A stretch of 64,000 bases of DNA, taken from Candidatus Latescibacterota bacterium (GTDB taxonomy: Bacteria > Latescibacterota > UBA2968 > UBA8231). Where the stretch lies: NCBI GenBank assembly GCA_965206595.1, contig OZ242214.1, positions 32,001 to 96,000 on the forward strand, given 5' to 3'. The notes beneath the pieces are model-generated. The model was not told the DNA's origin and did not search any database. It saw nothing but the letters and a program-made list of their open reading frames with translations. Positions within the stretch are counted from its first letter, which is position 1; the number at the start of each line of letters is the position of its first letter. This document shows, in pieces, positions 60,154 to 64,000 of this stretch. The translations under genes were made by a program, and so were the position numbers.

Positions 60154-60930
60154 CTACCTGAACCTACCAGCGGCTTCCCGTAATTCAAAGATGTTATTCA
60201 TCTGTTCCGCGTTTGGTCTACGTCCGATCTTACCTAAGAAATCGCTCGCAACATCGGAATCGGTGATAGGCGTATCGCCACTGGGGTCGATTGCTGAGTC
60301 GATATACTGCACTGCCTTTGCGAGCTGCTTGGTATGGGCTATAAATGCTCCGGCCCTCGGTTCAATAACAACCTTGTTCCCTATCTGTGAGTCGAGCAAC
60401 CTTATGCTGATGTAGTTCAAAACTGAATGAATTTCGTCCAAGGCGTTCCCCACTTTTTCAATGCTTGCAGAAGCCAAGGGTTCAGGATTGGGTCCTATTA
60501 CTCGGGAAAGGTCAGTATGAGCGATGACTCTGTTTCTCCAGTCACGCGCAAATTCTCCAGATTCAATCGCAGTATTGACGCGACTACTCACTTCGCAATG
60601 CAATTCTGCATCTTCGCAAAGCTCCGGCAGCTTCAAGATGGTAAGATTGTCCTTTCCCTTGCCGCTACTAACAGGGTCGGTCAACTTGCTCACGAGCAGT
60701 ATTAGATTCTCCCAGAATACCCACTGAACATGCAAAAGAAATCCACCCATAATTGCTCTTAGAGGTTTGGCATCCTCAGCCCTGGTGAGTATCCGAAGCT
60801 CTCTGATTGTTATTGTTCCCCAACACCAGTTATTTACCAAGGCATGAAATATTGTCCCGAATTCTACCCCGAGCTTATCCTGGTACTCTTGCTTTACTTC
60901 AGACGAACTTCTTTGTCGCCTCTCTGTCAT
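60154..60930 (-). CDS. AbiU2-like HEPN domain protein
   Basis: ILLVSKLTDP...NLTI...RDWRNRVIAH (Rx4-6H HEPN motif); lower GC than the flanks. Confidence 0.75.
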   Translation of the reverse strand: MTERRQRSSSEVKQEYQDKLGVEFGTIFHALVNNWCWGTITIRELRILTRAEDAKPLRAIMGGFLLHVQWVFWENLILLVSKLTDPVSSGKGKDNLTILKLPELCEDAELHCEVSSRVNTAIESGEFARDWRNRVIAHTDLSRVIGPNPEPLASASIEKVGNALDEIHSVLNYISIRLLDSQIGNKVVIEPRAGAFIAHTKQLAKAVQYIDSAIDPSGDTPITDSDVASDFLGKIGRRPNAEQMNNIFELREAAGRFR

Positions 60931-61173
60931 TTTCCATCTTCCTTTTGCCATCTTCTGTTCTCATTGGGGAAGCATTCAAATCGTATCACTTCTGGTTTCC
61001 CCTGTTCCAGTTGCACTTCCTGTTTCATTTTCATGGCTTGTAGGGGGCGTATTTCTTCGCCGCGGTATTGCAGCCGACGAACAGAACCCCTGCGATGAGA
61101 AGATTCACTGCCTCTCTGTCATTCCTTCACCGGAACATCGACATCGACTTCGATCTTGGCGCGCGCCTTGACC

Positions 61174-61368
61174 TCATAGGGTGGACGCTCCAACGACTTC
61201 TTTCTCAAGGGTCACCGTCGTGGCCGTAGAATCCCCAATCGTAGTCACCGGCGATCCGGGCTCCTCGTCCCAAGGATCTTTGTCGTCGGGCGGATTGATC
61301 AGGTCCCAACCCGACAGAAGGATGGCCGTGGCGAAGATGGTGGCCTGGAGCAGCGTGAAGACAGTCAT
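61174..61368 (-). CDS. Small secreted/membrane peptide, possibly frameshifted remnant
   Basis: RBS GAGG, hydrophobic N-terminus, acidic tail. Confidence 0.4.
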   Translation of the reverse strand: MTVFTLLQATIFATAILLSGWDLINPPDDKDPWDEEPGSPVTTIGDSTATTVTLEKEVVGASTL

Positions 61369-61415
61369 AATACTCTTTCCTCAAGGGTTTCAAGCGAAAC
61401 TTCCAGCACAATCGC

Positions 61416-61596
61416 CACTGGAAGGATTCGATCTGGCGGTGCTGTTCTCAACGGCAAGGCGAGGATATCGGCATCCCCTTGAGCGGAACGGACCTCAATC
61501 AGAGGTCGCCAACAGGAACGGCATGAATCACGCTGCGCGAACTGAACAACTACCCCGAGCAGGGGGTGAGTGTCAGGGAATTACCATCACTGTACA
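61416..61596 (+). repeat. Degenerate direct repeat copy 2, ending in ATTACCATCACTGTACA
   Basis: See copy 1; similarity stops sharply after TGTACA. Confidence 0.8.
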
Positions 61597-61605
61597 CTCT
61601 TGCAT

Positions 61606-62373
61606 TCAGTCCTCCTTCATTTTTCTCAGGTCAACAATTTGATCTACAGTCAATTCCTTTTCTATGGAATTGCAGATCTCAACCATGCGAGATTGAAATG
61701 GCGAAAGAGGGCCTTTCTTATCCTCTCTCCACCTCAAGTGAAGAAGATATCCCAAGCAATCTGGCAATACACCACCAGGTAAATTCTTGGCATAGAAAGA
61801 TACGTCCCCAATTTTGCTATGATCAATTGACATATCCCCAGGAGATAAAAATTCGCTCATCCATTGATTGCTCACCGTGTTTCTCTGGAAAATAAAATAT
61901 TGTAGGGGGGAATCGTCTCTTTCCATGAAGTAATGGAATAGATGATCAGATCTGGCAGAAGCCTTTAGTCCCATAAAGCACATGGGAATCAACCATTCTT
62001 TTTCAAAGTTGATGTAGCTCTGTTTGCGACAATTATGGAATAACTCCTCCGCCCTTTCGTTTCTCCGATATCCAATTCGGACAATAGGTATCTTCATTTC
62101 ATTAATTATTGACGCCAGCCCTTCCATGAATTTAAACTTCGTTTTATCAGGCTCGTCAGGGAATAACTCGCATGCGTGTACTTCGGGAAGGCTGGGAATA
62201 TGGTTACGAGGCGATGGGAATAAATCTCTGAGAAGAGAAAAGTATTTTTTCCTGAAAGGCACAATCTGAGTTGCCATGAGATATACGCCAGTCAGTGCAG
62301 TTACTTGGTTTTTCCTGGATTCGGTATGATCCGCATACTTTTCGTCAAGATAAACATGAACAGATTCAACCAT
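61606..62373 (-). CDS. DUF3800-like (RNase H-fold) protein
   Basis: VHVYLDE at the N-terminus, EVHACELF, LPDCLGY near the C-terminus; low GC. Confidence 0.55.
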   Translation of the reverse strand: MVESVHVYLDEKYADHTESRKNQVTALTGVYLMATQIVPFRKKYFSLLRDLFPSPRNHIPSLPEVHACELFPDEPDKTKFKFMEGLASIINEMKIPIVRIGYRRNERAEELFHNCRKQSYINFEKEWLIPMCFMGLKASARSDHLFHYFMERDDSPLQYFIFQRNTVSNQWMSEFLSPGDMSIDHSKIGDVSFYAKNLPGGVLPDCLGYLLHLRWREDKKGPLSPFQSRMVEICNSIEKELTVDQIVDLRKMKED

Positions 62374-62407
62374 CTAGAGTAACCTCCAGGAGAAAAAATG
62401 GAACCTT

Positions 62408-62430
62408 ACAGAGATTATCATCACTGTACA
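62408..62430 (+). repeat. Third copy of the terminal site, ACAGAGATTATCATCACTGTACA
   Basis: Matches the last about 20 nt of the two longer repeats. Confidence 0.7.
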
Positions 62431-62450
62431 GATCATCCTTCTCCGGTTAT

Positions 62451-63344
62451 CTATCTGTAGTTCGGAATCTCCAACCTTCCCTCTTGCACCTTCACGAGAT
62501 ACTGGAAGAAGTTTTCTCGATCATACCCCCTCATAAACTTGCAAATCTTGCGTAGCTCACCAGGAATCTGGTCACGAGAAATTCCAGGATGAGGTGAGTT
62601 ACCAGGATGTAGAAATCGTATGGCATACTCGACATTCTCGGTTATCAGGCGACTGATTCCAGAGTATATGCTCTGAAAACGATCTTTTCTTCCCCCTTGG
62701 CCTTCCATAAGAGTGTTGGCCATTTCAAACATCTCTTCGTGCAGGGCACGACAGAGCCTTCTGGTGACATTCGGATACTCTACCTCATCCTTCAACCTAA
62801 TGAACTCATCTTCCAGGATGTATCTGATTCCTCTCGCTACTTCCAGCATCGCGCCAATGCTCACCTTCGGTTGTCTTGCACTGTCCTCGGGAAAGCCCTC
62901 AAGGAGGAAATACCTCCAAGTAGTATATCCACCCTGTCTTCCTCCATCTCCCCGAGCACCCACGTCAAGTTGATCGAGAAAAGGTTTCAACGTACGAAGA
63001 GGAATGTAGCTGTGCAGTTCAACGTACCCCTCGTACGTTCGATCCAGAGTTTCCTTGTGTTTTTCGCTCAGCTTTTCATACAGCCTGCTCAACCGATGTC
63101 CCCAACCGGATTTACCTGTATGGAACTGGATGAGTAGCTTCAGTCCCTGCTCTATGGCGGAATATGCCGACGGGACCCACACCCACCCCTGAATCCCTTC
63201 ATAGTCAGGTGCCATGTCAGGGGCTACCCCACCAGACTTATTGTACATTTTTGAGAGCGCGCTGATGGCCTCGGCAGTTCTCATGTACGCAGGTCTCAAA
63301 TGGTTGTCACTCGGCATTGCCGTTGCCTTCTCCCCTTCAGTCAT
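62451..63344 (-). CDS. HEPN-like domain protein
   Basis: YSAIEQGLKLLI...GHRLSRLYEKL...WRY pattern of HEPN helical domains; lower GC. Confidence 0.55.
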   Translation of the reverse strand: MTEGEKATAMPSDNHLRPAYMRTAEAISALSKMYNKSGGVAPDMAPDYEGIQGWVWVPSAYSAIEQGLKLLIQFHTGKSGWGHRLSRLYEKLSEKHKETLDRTYEGYVELHSYIPLRTLKPFLDQLDVGARGDGGRQGGYTTWRYFLLEGFPEDSARQPKVSIGAMLEVARGIRYILEDEFIRLKDEVEYPNVTRRLCRALHEEMFEMANTLMEGQGGRKDRFQSIYSGISRLITENVEYAIRFLHPGNSPHPGISRDQIPGELRKICKFMRGYDRENFFQYLVKVQEGRLEIPNYR

Positions 63345-63718
63345 TGGACAGTTCTCCCAATGTCCAGTACACAGTTTCCCCATCTTTCGGAAGCCGTAGA
63401 GCCTGTCGCGTACTGCTTGCCTGAGCAAGTAGAATCTGGAAGCAGTCCATGAGATCGTCAGGAACTCCTCGACAAAAAGCTGCGCGAGGCCGAGAACTAG
63501 AGAACGCCGAGCTGGACCGGGAAAGCGACCGGCTCAAGTGCCTGTATAATGCGACGGTAGAATACCGATCAAAAGCGCGATTTTTCCGATTATCTGGTCC
63601 CTTGTTATTCATGGAATTTTAGTGGAGAGGGCTGTACTGGGTGCCTCCCATGCTTAGATTTCAGAGGGAAACACAAGGCAGTATCGCCCTTTGAACCCAT
63701 CACACAGTAGGACACCCA

Positions 63719-64000
63719 ATGGGTGAATTACCGTCACACACCGAGTCCGAGCAAGCCGGGCCGATTCAGCCGTCTTTCAACCGCTCCATCCACATCGAAG
63801 CCCGCCCCACCCACCTTGGCAGCGACACCGGTGCGCTGATGTTGCGTCAACTGCTCGAACACAGCCGGGTTCTGGATTGGGTCGACGCCCACTTCGAGGA
63901 TCTCCGTACCCAAGACCAGATCACGCACCCGCTGCCGGAGCTGCTGCGCACACAGATCGTGCTGCTGGCACAGGGCTGGACCCACGCCGCCGACGCCGAC
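63719..64000 (+). pseudogene. IS1380-family transposase 5' part, frameshifted, runs off the window
   Basis: QPSFNRSIHIEARP, then in another frame SDTGALMLRQLLE...QITHPLPELLRTQIVLLAQGW. Confidence 0.75.

Noticed and set aside
59970-63344. Classical integron with attC sites
   Set aside because: No RYYYAAC...GTTRRRY hairpins were seen after the genes, and the integrase at 6037 is P4-like rather than IntI
63337-63612. 91-aa minus-strand ORF upstream of the HEPN-like gene
   Set aside because: Low-complexity translation with no motif; cannot be supported as a gene

Overview
High-GC bacterial accessory region with heavy decay. Its ankyrin, WD40, Calx-beta, FN3 and cadherin proteins, PhyH dioxygenases, T9SS-like C-terminal domain and recurrent C-terminal WGxxK tails resemble a sponge-associated Latescibacterota/Poribacteria-like organism (inference). 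From left to right: (1) the start of an Ssp-type phosphorothioation locus (cysteine desulfurase, a drastically shortened DUF4007/SspB, and an SspC-like ATPase running off the window). (2) A P4-like integrase with IS701 and IS5 debris. (3) A tandem array (about 1086 bp period) of a secreted gene A plus 5' fragments of a large surface-protein gene B, bracketed by group II intron remnants, with a second A-B pair downstream. (4) An MNT-HEPN toxin-antitoxin pair. (5) A PAS histidine kinase and NtrC-type activator upstream of two duplicated sigma-54-driven autotransporter-like adhesins. (6) cocE-like, VTC, TolC and HlyD genes followed by nested ISL3/IS3/IS1595 elements. (7) At the right end, three unrelated lower-GC genes (two HEPN-like, one DUF3800-like), each followed 9-20 nt after its stop by a near-identical TGTACA-GTGATG(G/A)TAAT site, which looks like a cassette array. 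No rRNA, tRNA, CRISPR array or reverse transcriptase gene was recognised. All family assignments come from motif recognition by eye, not database searches.
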